From Phoronis australis (Eukaryota > Animalia > Phoronida): a stretch of DNA of 64,000 nucleotides. Of the stretch, positions 50,501 to 60,700 are shown one piece after another. The stretch spans positions 496,489-560,488 of the forward strand of contig NMRA01000164.1 in assembly GCA_002633005.1 (NCBI GenBank), written 5' to 3'. The position numbers were made by a program, and so were the translations under genes. Within the stretch, counting starts at the first letter, position 1. Every line of letters starts with the position of its first letter. Below the pieces are notes generated by a model. The model saw nothing but the letters and a program-made list of their open reading frames with translations, did not search any database and had not been told where the DNA came from.

Positions 50501-51919
50501 TGGCAGTGCTCTTGTAATTTTCCGTGACATCTTTCGAGAGATGACAGTTTTACTGTTCAAAGCAAAATTTTCTCAGAAATTTGGTTTGCTGATAACAAAA
50601 CATTAAAAGCCTCTCATGAAGCAAAACCAGCTCCGATAACATAGTGCGAACTGTACGCAATGTTTAGGAAGAACAGTCGATTGAATAATTGGCAAAAAGT
50701 TGGCCAACAAGTAATGCTCTATTTCATGGTACTTAACGCAAACACATCTTATGTCCATGAATTTAGCAACACAATGGTAGGATGACAATCTGTTTAGCAC
50801 TCTTGACTAATTTAGTTTTAAATACTAAAATGAACAGTGTAGCTTTTAATGACATTAATTCTACATCAGATTTTATTTGTCCAGTTTTACCCACATCTAT
50901 GCACACCTGTGTACTTATTCAGCATTGCACCAGGCCCAGGGTGACCACAGGCACTCTCGTCACTCCCTTGACATGAAACAATAATATGTCATGAGGAGCG
51001 GCTGATAAAATGTGCCTGTGGGGGTGACCAAGGTAGACTGGCCACCAAGGTAAAGTTCATAAACTCTATGGCTTATGCTAGGACCTCACTAAAATCTAGC
51101 CAAAACCACATAAGTTCTTATTTAAAATAAACACCAATATCTCACGTAATCTCGCGAAGTCTTTCTTAATTTTAGCAAGGACATAGTGTTATAGGCAATG
51201 ACCATTGCCTCTGTTGGCCCGAACCAGAGGCGATGCAGAGGCTATAGGTGCTTCACGATTTTGGGAACTGAAATAGGGAATGCTCGAAGAAAAAGTTTAA
51301 TAATGGGAGTATTTGTTCGAGTTGGAAGGAATGACACACATAGACAACCTCCTCAGGTGTTCCTCTATGCGCAAAAAGTATTTATAACAACGTGACTCTG
51401 ATGGTTTAGTGGGTGCGAAGCATAATTCGCCGAAAAGCTTCCGGCGTACAGAGCGCCTATAGCCTCTGCATCGCCTCTGGTCATTGCCTACTAGTATTAC
51501 TGAACACGGCTACACTGTGCCAGATTGGGAGTTGAACCCAGGTAGAGTTCAGTGATGCTACGTCCTTGCTAAGAGGCAAGACTTCGCGAGATTACATGAG
51601 TTATTGCCATGTAGGGTCTATTTTAAATGAGTACACGTGGTTATGCCCTTTTGGCTAGATTTTAATTAGGTCATAACGACCTAACGTCGTAGGTCCTGTG
51701 GAGTGTGGCTGTGCATCTGTGCTGAACTGAACTCAACCGTTTTGAGCTCTGCCTTCCAAATGATTTACGAAACCAGGGACCTATATTTAAATATATATAT
51801 ATATATCCCACAAATGTTTGAACTAGTTGACAACGACCTCTCAGTCATGAAAAAAAATCTGATCTTGATTTCTTATAAGGAGACCGAACCTGGAATGACA
51901 AAAGCTCCCCAACGTCCAT
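32500..51919 (-). CDS. CTNNBL1: CTNNBL1, beta-catenin-like protein 1 (Prp19/CDC5L spliceosome complex); complete spliced CDS of about 544 aa
   Basis: Exons 51890-51919, 49450-49578, 48717-48823, 46605-46842, 44669-44762, 43930-44021, 42586-42658, 41764-41825, 40229-40377, 39721-39902, 36232-36329, 35718-35798, 34756-34893, 33206-33278, 32500-32588 (1635 nt, all GT-AG, frame continuous). Translation includes MDVGELLSFQP, NQELRIKFPDLPEKFMESELELND, NKLYASEILSILLQN, FLKGEGLQLMNLMLREKK, FYLRRLDAGLF. Confidence 0.97.
33206..33278 (-). CDS. CTNNBL1: CTNNBL1 exon 14 (IKQRVFQILNMRGGSVKAIRSIMR)
   Basis: tttttag / GAG|GTTTGT. Confidence 0.93.
33934..34280. mobile_element. Tc1/mariner (Tc2-like) MITE
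   Basis: TA-CCGTAAACT...AGTTTATGG-TA termini with TA duplication; internal reiterated taa(t/g)cgcccac motifs. Confidence 0.7.
34756..34893 (-). CDS. CTNNBL1: CTNNBL1 exon 13 (...EDEFYLRRLDAGLFTLQLVDY...)
   Basis: ccctag / ACG|GTGAGG. Confidence 0.94.
34975..35244. mobile_element. 270-bp MITE with a 5-bp TSD
   Basis: TIRs CATGGGCGCACCC / GGGTGCGCGCATG, flanked by AATTA on both sides. Confidence 0.75.
35718..35798 (-). CDS. CTNNBL1: CTNNBL1 exon 12 (VDRLIELHFKYLEKV...EKN)
   Basis: tttacag / AAT|GTGAGT. Confidence 0.93.
36232..36329 (-). CDS. CTNNBL1: CTNNBL1 exon 11 (EHTISIIASMLKN...RLLNKFTENDHEK)
   Basis: ctttag / AAG|GTAAGA. Confidence 0.94.
36873..39329. mobile_element. 2.46-kb non-autonomous hAT-like DNA transposon with a 5-bp TSD
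   Basis: TIRs CAGGGCTCGAC / GTCGAGCCCTG; TSD CAAGG; subterminal arrays of (aa)tgcgacctg at both ends; no transposase ORF. Confidence 0.85.
39721..39902 (-). CDS. CTNNBL1: CTNNBL1 exon 10 (EKKMSRNSAIKVLDHAM...FVDILGLRSVFPLFMK)
   Basis: tttgcag / AAG|GTAGAA. Confidence 0.95.
40229..40377 (-). CDS. CTNNBL1: CTNNBL1 exon 9 (AYKRHDP...EMMENLFNALCSCLM...FLKGEGLQLMNLMLR)
   Basis: gtttag / AG|GTTGGT. Confidence 0.95.
41202..41731. other. Assembly gap (530 N) in CTNNBL1 intron 8
   Basis: Run of Ns; flanking exons join in frame, so no conserved coding exon is missing. Confidence 0.95.
41764..41825 (-). CDS. CTNNBL1: CTNNBL1 exon 8 (DNRDFMGSEMDGIDILLQQLA)
   Basis: tttcag / GCG|GTAAGT. Confidence 0.92.
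42586..42658 (-). CDS. CTNNBL1: CTNNBL1 exon 7 (AKMPFDQNKLYASEILSILLQNND)
   Basis: ttgtag / ATG|GTAAGT. Confidence 0.94.
43930..44021 (-). CDS. CTNNBL1: CTNNBL1 exon 6 (GIVENITELRPEVC...WLLKRLK)
   Basis: cttcag / AAG|GTATGG. Confidence 0.93.
44669..44762 (-). CDS. CTNNBL1: CTNNBL1 exon 5 (LDGQIVALLVQNMERLDESVKEESDGVHNSL)
   Basis: tttcag / TAG|GTCAGT. Confidence 0.95.
45316..46092. repeat. ~390-bp tandem duplication joined by a single N at 45708; probable assembly artefact
   Basis: 45316-45707 vs 45709-46092, with one small indel and a few substitutions. Confidence 0.9.
46605..46842 (-). CDS. CTNNBL1: CTNNBL1 exon 4 (FMESELELND...ESLIDAL)
   Basis: ttttcag / CTG|GTGGGT. Confidence 0.95.
47367..48337. 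mobile_element. hAT-like MITE (outer copy) with 6-bp TSD TAAAAA, interrupted by a second copy of the same family
   Basis: CAGGGCTTGGAAT...ATTCCAAGCCTG; TAAAAA at 47361-47366 and 48338-48343. Confidence 0.85.
47422..47904. mobile_element. hAT-like MITE (inner, nested copy) with 6-bp TSD AAACAT
   Basis: CAGGGTTTGGAAT...ATTCCAAGCCCTG; AAACAT at 47416-47421 and 47905-47910. Confidence 0.87.
48717..48823 (-). CDS. CTNNBL1: CTNNBL1 exon 3 (ALDETALKRMILQFEKK...NQELRIKFPDLPEK)
   Basis: tttgtag / AA|GTAATA. Confidence 0.93.
49368..49431. repeat. 21-bp repeat (gttacatgcatacacccca[t/g]tg) x3
   Basis: Direct inspection; about 20 nt from the CTNNBL1 exon 2 donor. Confidence 0.8.
49450..49578 (-). CDS. 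CTNNBL1: CTNNBL1 exon 2 (PDKPLKRNLDDD...VDREPA)
   Basis: ttacag / GCT|GTAAGT. Confidence 0.88.
49700..49873. repeat. 16-bp minisatellite (atgttcaccgatagca), about 11 copies
   Basis: Near-perfect head-to-tail array; last two units have a C>T change. Confidence 0.95.
51082..51676. mobile_element. Nested foldback/MITE pair: outer arms about 51082-51187 and 51553-51676, inner TA-flanked element 51192-51490
   Basis: Outer arms share taaaatctagccaaaa and gtaatctcgcgaagtct; inner TIR TAGGCAATGACCAGAGGCGATGCAGAGGCTATAGGYGCT. Confidence 0.75.
51890..51919 (-). CDS. CTNNBL1: CTNNBL1 exon 1 (MDVGELLSFQ)
   Basis: ATG at 51919-51917; donor CAG|GTTCGG. Confidence 0.92.
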
Positions 51920-52325
51920 GTTTTCGTCAAGTTTGCCGCACTGCGCAGTCTCAACTTCAACGCGCACAACTTCGCGCAACTTCCGGGTAATAAGTTTGTA
52001 GCGTTCCAAAGTCAATTTCACTTTGAAAATGTTATTTTTTAAGTACAAGAAATTATCTGTTCTCGTCTCTAGTACTCAAGGACGTAAAAAGGAAACTTCA
52101 ACGAAGAACAAACCTCGAAATATTCTTTAACTCTTGTCCGGTATTCTCCGTTTAAGTCCGTGCATTTCCGGTATAAGTGAATATGGCGGATGGCGAGTGA
52201 GCTTGCTTTGTCGCATTTTCCGGCGTAATCACCTTAAATTTCTTTTTGGTCACTTAATATATCATTACCGTTGACGCTAAACAACCTAGAAGACGTTGGA
52301 GTGCCACAGCATTTAACTTCATTTG
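51920..52325. promoter_or_regulatory. Bidirectional promoter CTNNBL1/ZC3H18 with ETS and YY1-type motifs; probable non-coding first exon of ZC3H18
   Basis: ACTTCCGG 51979-51986, ATTTCCGG 52164-52171, AATATGGCGG 52180-52189; CpG-rich; donor TTG|GTGAGC at 52325/52326. Confidence 0.7.
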
Positions 52326-52727
52326 GTGAGCTCGTGGTAGTTGGTCTTATTATTGCATTAATGTGTGAAGTATGTGGGATTCATTTTGAGAAATTGAATT
52401 GACCGACTTTCGAGTTCCACGCGTGTTGACTTCTAATAGCTCTTGCAATATAAGTTCTTATCGTAGACTGACCCAACTCAATTAATTATATGTGACCTTG
52501 ATTTCAGTTTATTTTAAAATATAACTGCAATAGTTTATTTCTCATATGCTGATTAAAATTAAACTGTTAACACAAACTTTGAATGAATCGCATTGAAATT
52601 TAGCGGTCATAATTCTGTGATTGCCATTGGGGGCACTGGTTGGATATAGCGGTCCCTGATTTAGAGAATCAGTTCATCTACTAAATAACGGGCCCGTTAT
52701 TCAGTGATTGCCTGGTTCTCAAACTTC

Positions 52728-53290
52728 ATTGTACCGACATTTGTTATGCTGTGAAAAATGAGATGTACAATAAGAACGACATCTTTAATTCAATAAAATG
52801 TATCTGTCATTTTCTCTCACTGGTAAGTCATCGATCTCCAGTTTAAATGTGGGTAACATGTCGTCGGGAATCTCTGATTTGGACATTATACTCATTAATC
52901 AGTGGTAACCTACTTTAGCAAACGATATTTTCACAATGGAAGCTTAGCATGATAAATTGTGTAGTTAGCTAGCCTATTTGCTTAAAGTTTTTTGTACATA
53001 TTCATTTTATTTCTATTTCGTTTAAATTTTCAATTGGTTATTACTTTATCAAAAATGTCTCGGCGTTTCTTAAAAGGTCACTATCTCTAACCCCGGTCCT
53101 CTGACATAGAAGGTAGTTCCGAGGAGAGTCGAGAAAGGCAGAACAATTCATTGCAATGTTTATCATTCAGTTTTTGGTATAAATAGATTATTACATGTTC
53201 TCAGTCGTTATTCCCCTTATCCAGGGCGATAATTCTCCAAAATCCACGAGGGCTCTAGATTACAAGGGATAACAACTTTGCCATGTAATA
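52728..53290 (-). mobile_element. Second, inverted and truncated copy of the hairpin-ended repeat at 17503-18125
   Basis: Reverse-complement matches such as cctctgacatagaa, cattgcaatgttt, gtataaatagatta, tctcagtcgttat; caaaatccacgagggct. Confidence 0.7.
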
Positions 53291-53683
53291 CTCTACTTCT
53301 AAAACCTGCTTCTCAAGAAAGTATCCACTTATCAAATGACTAAATGGCCCGGTACGATGTTTTCCATAGTTATGTGACGTCAAATCTGCACGTGCAAGCC
53401 GGCAGGCTACACTGCAGGCTACACTATTTCACGGGTACACTATTTCACGGTTACATTATTTCACGGGACATTAGACTGTGACATCTCAATGACTACTTTG
53501 GGCTTACAAACCAATTGGGCGTATTATCTCAGCAGCAATTCTGAAGAGGGGCTCATTTACTCGACTTTTACCCCCCCAGCAGAAACGGTCAAGTCGATCA
53601 AGTTTACCCATTGTTTCACTCTTTGTGGTGGATTTTATTGGTTCTTATTTTTGACTGGATATTTTTCAGAGTTACTTGTGAAA

Positions 53684-54718
53684 ATGGAAAGAGGAGATGT
53701 TGAGGTAACGCATCAGAGTGATGGTAAACCTCAGGAAGTGTCTGAAGCAGTAGGCACCATCCAGCAGCTTGACTGTAAAGGCGACCTGGAGGATGGAGCT
53801 GGGTCTCCTACTTGTCGACCAAGTAGTCCATGTACAGGACCTGATAGTTCTGTTAATTGTGATCCTGATGCAGGCTGTGATCATGAGTCTGGGAGCCCTG
53901 GTCATGGACCCAGCAGTGTTGCAGTAGACTCTGCGTTGCCTTGCGACAACGTCAAAAACTGTGATGTTTCCTCGGAGCAGGAAACGAGTAGCGTACCAGA
54001 GGAATCTGTGCGTAGTGCTGAGGAGGAACTTGAATGTGTTGGAGAACCAGCGAATAGTAGTGTAAATATAGAACATGATGTTTGTGAAGACACACCTGGC
54101 AATGACAAAGAAGAGGTAGACGATGTTGAAAAACTGGACTCGGTTAAAGGGCCGATGTTGGACACACTGATTCCTGATACAGGAGACAAACAAGGTGATA
54201 GAAATGAGAGGATAGACGTTGTTCCTGGGGGTAATGTTGAAGACGACATGAAATGTAAACAGCCAGACACTGTTCAGTCTGACTGTGGGGATAATAGTGA
54301 AAGTGAACATGAGGAAGATGGCCAGATTGAACGAAGTGATAGTGGTGTTCAGAGTGAGGTTGATGACACTGTTCAAACTGAGGAAGGTTTAGAAAACAAC
54401 ACTGCACCAGACTCAACAGACACCGGTGATCTATTGACTCGCGAGGACGAAGGAAAGAGTGCCAACGAGGAGGATCCTGAACCGACGAAACATCCTCTTG
54501 AAACAGCAAATGAATGTCAGTCCATCCATGCACAGCATGATAGTACTCAAAAGAAAATGACAGGCGAATCTCAGCGCAGATCGCCAGTGTTGAATGACTC
54601 GAGGACTGCTCTGAATGACGACCACGGCGAACTGGACTATGATGAAGATGATGACAAGGAGGATGATGGTGCTGACCAAAGTGTGGGCGATAAAGGGGAC
54701 ATGGACAGTGAAAAAGAG
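53684..54718 (+). CDS. ZC3H18: ZC3H18 large acidic N-terminal exon (345 codons)
   Basis: Acceptor tttttcag at 53669; ATG at 53684; HGELDYDE motif; donor GAG|GTAGGG. Confidence 0.85.
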
Positions 54719-57700
54719 GTAGGGGGAACTGTGTGTTGGGCAGCATTCTAGAGTTTACATTCCATCTGTATGTGACTAGGAGCTTGCATTGGTGGTTTAC
54801 AATCTATTGTCATTGTGGAGTGTGTTGGGTACTACCTCTGTTTCCCAGCATAGTGTCAGCCTTATTGTTTGAACACAACACAGGGACCTAGCTTGTCTGA
54901 TGGAAAAACGCATATGCCTTTTTCCCACCACCAGTTCCACTCCTTGGTTACCGCCCCCTCATCGGCAATGCCTCGAGTAGCCAAGGCTAACCATTTGCAG
55001 AAGTGTTTCTAACTTTGAGTTGAATTATTTAACCATTAATGAGTAATTTGTGGGTTTGTTTAGGGTAATTTTGTGTGATTTTGAAATATTTTTCATTGAT
55101 GAATTGGACTCGATTTATGATAGGGCAAAATCTCTGATATTTTTGTATCTAAGCTTAGAAACATGAAATCAGAAGCTGTTTATTTTTTGTTGCAGGAAGG
55201 AGAAGCAGATGACGATGACGATGATGAAGATGGCGAGCTGGGTGACAAGTCTGATGATGGTGAGATAGATGTAAGTTTTACGGAACATTTGGGTTATTTT
55301 AGTTTGACTTACTTCAAATTCACCTGGTGTAGTTGCACTACATTTGCCAGTATATGGGTTCTTGAGCTAGTTTTGGTTATTGCCTCGTCATTATTCATTA
55401 CGCTTGTATAAGTAAGTTGAACTCCCAGCAGTGTGTCTGGAGAATCGTACTGACGAAGATTATTTTAACTCACAGAGTAATATAAGAGTATATAAGAGAT
55501 CATGTTCAGGAAAAAGTGTGTTAGAATAAAAATGGTGGGTTGCACATCAGGGTAAAATATTGAATTTTTCATTTCACATACAGAGCACAGAATACTATGA
55601 ACCTCAAATACGCTGGTGGGTTTTTTCTTTTGAATTCAGCCAAAGTCAGAACTCTGACTACGAATAGCCAAAAGTTGGTTTTTGTCTGTTGCATTTCTCC
55701 ATACATTTTGTATTTTGTCTATAAGCAGCCTAACCGTACTGTCATCCATAAAGTGCGACTTCATGGCTTTTTCAGGAAGATGATTGCGAAGAGGGTGAGA
55801 TCAAAGATGGGGAAATACGGAAGCCACTCCAGCGCCATCTGTGTCGATTCTACAACAGAGGTCACTGTACCTGGGGTTCTAACTGCCGATTCCTTCACCC
55901 AGGTGTTAACGACAAAGGTAGGTCGCGCCAGTTAGTCTCTTGCTTGGTTTCTTGTTGGTGTATAGTCAATTTGTCTGTTCATCCTAGCAATGTGGACACT
56001 TGAAAAGACGTTGCTTTAGACAAAATGTAGATTTTAGTAATGGTCATGTTACTGTTGATGTCAGATAACTGACTGGTCTGTTCAATTCAGGAAGGAGGGT
56101 GTCTAATTTGAATGTTGGAGCCAAGCACATTAGGAAAGGTATGCCAGATTTACAAAGTTACCATGAAATGTGTCTAGAGAGCAGGGCCGCACAGGACCCA
56201 AGAGTTAAATCACAAATGAAATGAATGCATTGGGTTTTAGTCGACAGCAAGCGCATTGTTTGTGTGAGGCGACTGCTGATGCTATGTAGCAGCATTGTCA
56301 TCTGCAATTAATACTGATGGACGTCTTGTGTTCTTCCAGGTAATTATTCAATGCTGGAACGTCCTGGTTTTAACCACAACCGGTTCAACAGGCCGCCCGG
56401 AAGACAGTGGAATGGTCCAGAGGCAACACCGGATGCGGCAGCACCCCCTCCTGAAGAACTGCCCCCACCACCTCCTGAGGAGCCCCGCCAGGAGTCTGCA
56501 TGGGAACGGGGACTCCGGCAAGCAAAGGAGGTAATGAGTCAGCGTCTGACTTTGGTCACCGTTAAGAGAATCAGTATTTGTACAGTTACTGCAATGTTTT
56601 GCTTCCTCTGTGCATGGCATTTGAATCTCTGGTGTTTAAATGACTTAAAATGCATATTTTCTTAATTCAATATCAAAGTTAAATGTCATGTAAGCCAGGC
56701 AAAATAAAGATGATTATGTTATGTTGAATTAAAGCATTAAAAATGTGTGAAATTTGCTTTTGAATTGCAACATATGATAAAGGGGTGATTGGATAATCGA
56801 TGCAACTGTGTCACAGTTATTGCTATTGGGAACACTAATGATTCTGTGTTCTGTAGGTTGAGTCTGCTGAAATTATGAATTATTGGCTAAAAAGTGACTA
56901 TCAAACCAAGATAGAACCATGTAATACGAAATTTTCAATTTGATATTCTCGAAACTTTTCCTTTGCATAACTCAATTTTGTGTGTGGTTCATAATAACTG
57001 TCATAAATCTCTGGTTTACAGCTCATGAAGAAGGCATCACAGAAAAAAGAGTTGGAAACGAACATTGAAGAGAAACGGATGAACCTCAGTCTCAACGATT
57101 TTCAAGAGGACAAGAAATTCAACGACCCCTACTACGATGACATGTGAGCATGATTTTGATGTTGATTCCCTCCATTGTCATGTTGGTGTTCTGTGTGTAT
57201 TACTGGCAACTAAAATGTTCTTGATGGCATTTACAGACTTGTTTTTAGGGTTATGTAGGACAAGCCAGGTATCAACAAAACTGTAGATTTCAAGTCCTGA
57301 AAGTATAAGGTCTGTAGAATTAGATAGCATTAGGATCGCCCACGTATAAATATGATGCTGCATAATAATTCTTAACACCATGTTGGAGAACTGTGTATAG
57401 AACATGGTGTCTGAAAGTTCCACATGAATCTGATCAGCCATTACTAAGATAGGATGTTCCAAAGTTTGTCAAATTTGGCCATTTCTGGGGGGTCCTACAT
57501 AACCTTAACGAACTAAAGGTTTTCAGTGGTTGGTATATGGCCAGACATGTTAGACCGGGATCCCAGAGCTGTTTTGCGCATGAAAACTAATTTCCTTTGG
57601 TACCACAATCGTCTGTGGTAATACTGATGCTTGAGTATGGCCGTCTGACAGGTTCGCTCTGGTGGGTGTGGTCGGGGGAACCAAGTGAATGGCACTCAAA

Positions 57701-60700
57701 AATTGAGCTAGATCAACTTTTCTGGTAACCACTTCAAACTGCCTTCAATACCTACTACCTAATCCACTGTATCAAAATTGGTTGCTGCCAGACAATTTCA
57801 GTGGTGGGGAGTATCAGCCAGACAGTTATAAACAAGGTAAAAAAATGAGCTTGATCAATCCAAGAGGTAACCACATGAAACCAGTTGCAAAATATTCATC
57901 GCGAGCACAGGTATCACGAATGAAGACGGCCAGACAAATCTAGTGGTGGGTTAGCCCCGCCAGACACGCCCAAATACCCGAGTTTAGCTAGATCAACCCA
58001 CCAGGTAACCGTTTGAAACCAATTGATATTTTGCAAACGTCGACACTGTAGAGTTTTTGGCAAGGCCTTTGACGCAGATCAATTAGGGGTAAGGGAAATC
58101 TGTATGCACGATGATGACTCTCAGCTCTATGTTCATGAGATGAGACGGAATTTGTAATACCAGAAATGAGAATGCTGTAACGGTTGCTCGCAAAGAACGG
58201 GACACAAATTCAGATGTAATGTGGTCCAGCAATAGAACACTCTCGCATTATCTCCTGCCAAATTTTCAAATCAGCCATGCTTAAATGATTGATTGCACCT
58301 CATTGCATACTCAAACGGAAATATGAAGTTTAGTCGGCAAATGACTTAATTGGCAAAATTGTATTTCTGGTTGTATTTTAGCGTGTTACTTAGTTGCTTA
58401 CATTGCTGGAAATGGGAACAGCCCACTATTTCGAAGGTTCACTATTGGAAGGTTCTCTATTACAAAGATTCACTACTCCGAAGAATCACTGCTCCAAAAA
58501 ATATCCAAACTTTCAAACTCAGATGTGATTTTTAACCTTTTACATGCAAAATTAAACAATCTTTTGGTTATTAGATGCACCTATACCGAAAGCAACGCCC
58601 GGGCACTAAAGCACTTTGTTTGGATTTCATGTAGACAGTGACCACCGTCTCCAGCTGACAAGCACAACTTAGGAAACGGTAGACAGATTTCACTGTGCAT
58701 GGTCGAGAAATTGCCCGCATATCTTAAAATGAGTACGCACTTGCATTTTAAAATGATCTGAAGTAGAATACTGATGAATTATCAACCATGACACATTCAT
58801 CAAATCCCTATGTCAAGGTAGCATTGCAGTGCGACGCACACAGCCGGGTCGAAACTAAATGAAGTTAGTGGGCCATTCTGTCCCTGCCAGCTCTAACGAA
58901 GTCAGGGAATCCCATTCAGTCTTCTTAAATTTGAAACCGCCGTTGGTCGCTGCAGCCTTGAAGCATGCCCCAGATGTTGTCTCTGCTTGAGCATATGAGT
59001 CGTGATCACACAGTCAAGAGTAGAGAACTGTCAGAGTTTTGGAATAGTGGAAATTCAAAGTAGTGAATTTTAGAAGGTAACGTACCTTCGGAGTAGTGGA
59101 CATTTGGAGTACTGGACCTTCGGAGTATTGAAACTTCGTCATAGTGACATGGAACCTTGGAATTCTTTTCCATCAAGTTTGTATCTCATATGAAGTCTGC
59201 AGGGTTGTGCACCATTGACATTGATTGACTAGAGATTATCATTGACCATCATAACGTGAAGATGCTCGACGGGGTATTCTTAGTGCAAGAAAACACGGTA
59301 GCTGAATGTCTGGATTTTGTGCACGACAGAGGGCTGCTTGTTATGAACTCACTGAATTTAAAAGAACGTTAATGACATGTGAAATGTTTAGTGTACCTGT
59401 AATGTGGTAAGTTTAGGGATGGGCTCATAATGAACTTAACTTATTAAGTTTAACTGGCGATCAAAATCTACCACTGTTTTGGTACTTCAAGTTCAAAACT
59501 TAGATAAAAAGTTATCAACCCGTTCCTGGTAAGAAAAAAAAACAAGTGTGCAGAAGCATTAAAAATTAAATAAAGAAAACCAATATGAAACATATCGTTC
59601 CTTTGGGAAGTGGCCCTTTGTGAAGATAAACACAAGTTAATCTTTTTAGTCATTTTGTAATATTTATAAAGTACCAAATTAAAACTACTCTCCAGAGTTG
59701 CAGGCTATAACTCTGCAAATGTCATAGGAAACCAAATTGGGGGTACTAACAATAACCATTGTTGAGAAATTAATGCTAGCAATTTCCACTTCATTAGCTC
59801 AAATCTACTTCAGTACAAAGGGTGTGCTGAAAAGGCATCCTAAAAGTTGTCTGGGGCTTAGGGAATTGGAGCTGTTACCAGTGTAAGCGAGAAATTCTCC
59901 ACATGTTAACGAATATGCTGGAGCTGGACCTTGTCAGCATGGGCAGGGGTTCGATTGAACAGTAAAAAGGTAAAACACAAATTAGAATCATTTGATTCAA
60001 CTACAAATCAGTCACGATTTCCAAAAAGATTATGCATAGTGGTTGGATACCCCATCCCCCAATGTGGATGCCCAGGGCCGTCGCCACAATGGCTGAGCAC
60101 CATATACAACATCTATGAATAATTAATTTGAATGTGTTTTATATTCACTATGAAGAGAAAAAGCGAACAGTTCCATTGTCTGCATATCTGTGTCGTACAA
60201 ATGAAATGATTGTCAATCTAAATATACTGAAAAACTCAGGACCCACAATGTTCCCCATCTGGGGTAGTTTGGGTGCTTCAGGGCAAAGAATACAACTAGC
60301 ATTGTTGGGGAAACTGTTGATACAGCTACTGACGTCATTGGTCTTGACACATCTCTGGAGTGCTATGTAGGCTCGGTTTATGAGAAAGATATAGATTGTC
60401 CAAAACTGATCAGTTTTCCCAAATTTGACATTAATCACTGTGTGAAATGAAGGAAGCTGGCACGCATATATAATGTAGACAACAGCAAGACGGCATTATT
60501 CCTGGTCTTAGCAGTTGCATCAAATGATTCGTCCGAAGACAGGGGGACGCTGTTTAGACTGGTAAAATAGTACAACGAAAAATCAAAATTTGTGCAAACA
60601 CAATGTGCCATCTGTCACGAATGGATTTTCGGTTTTGTTTTTAATAGTGAATCATGTAGAGTATTCAACTGTTGTCACTCCAACCACAGGCACGATGTTT

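Noticed and set aside
53541-53600. Hammerhead-ribozyme-like CTGAAGA...GAAACGGTC
   Set aside because: The stem II closing pair and stem I are missing; a simple tcgactt/aagtcga hairpin explains the sequence better.
53672-54746. Long antisense ORFs of 234, 200 and 122 aa
   Set aside because: Shadow frames of the acidic ZC3H18 exon with no recognisable domains.
53489-54751. 420-aa ORF as a stand-alone gene
   Set aside because: It is the large ZC3H18 exon (53670-54718) extended into flanking intron sequence.
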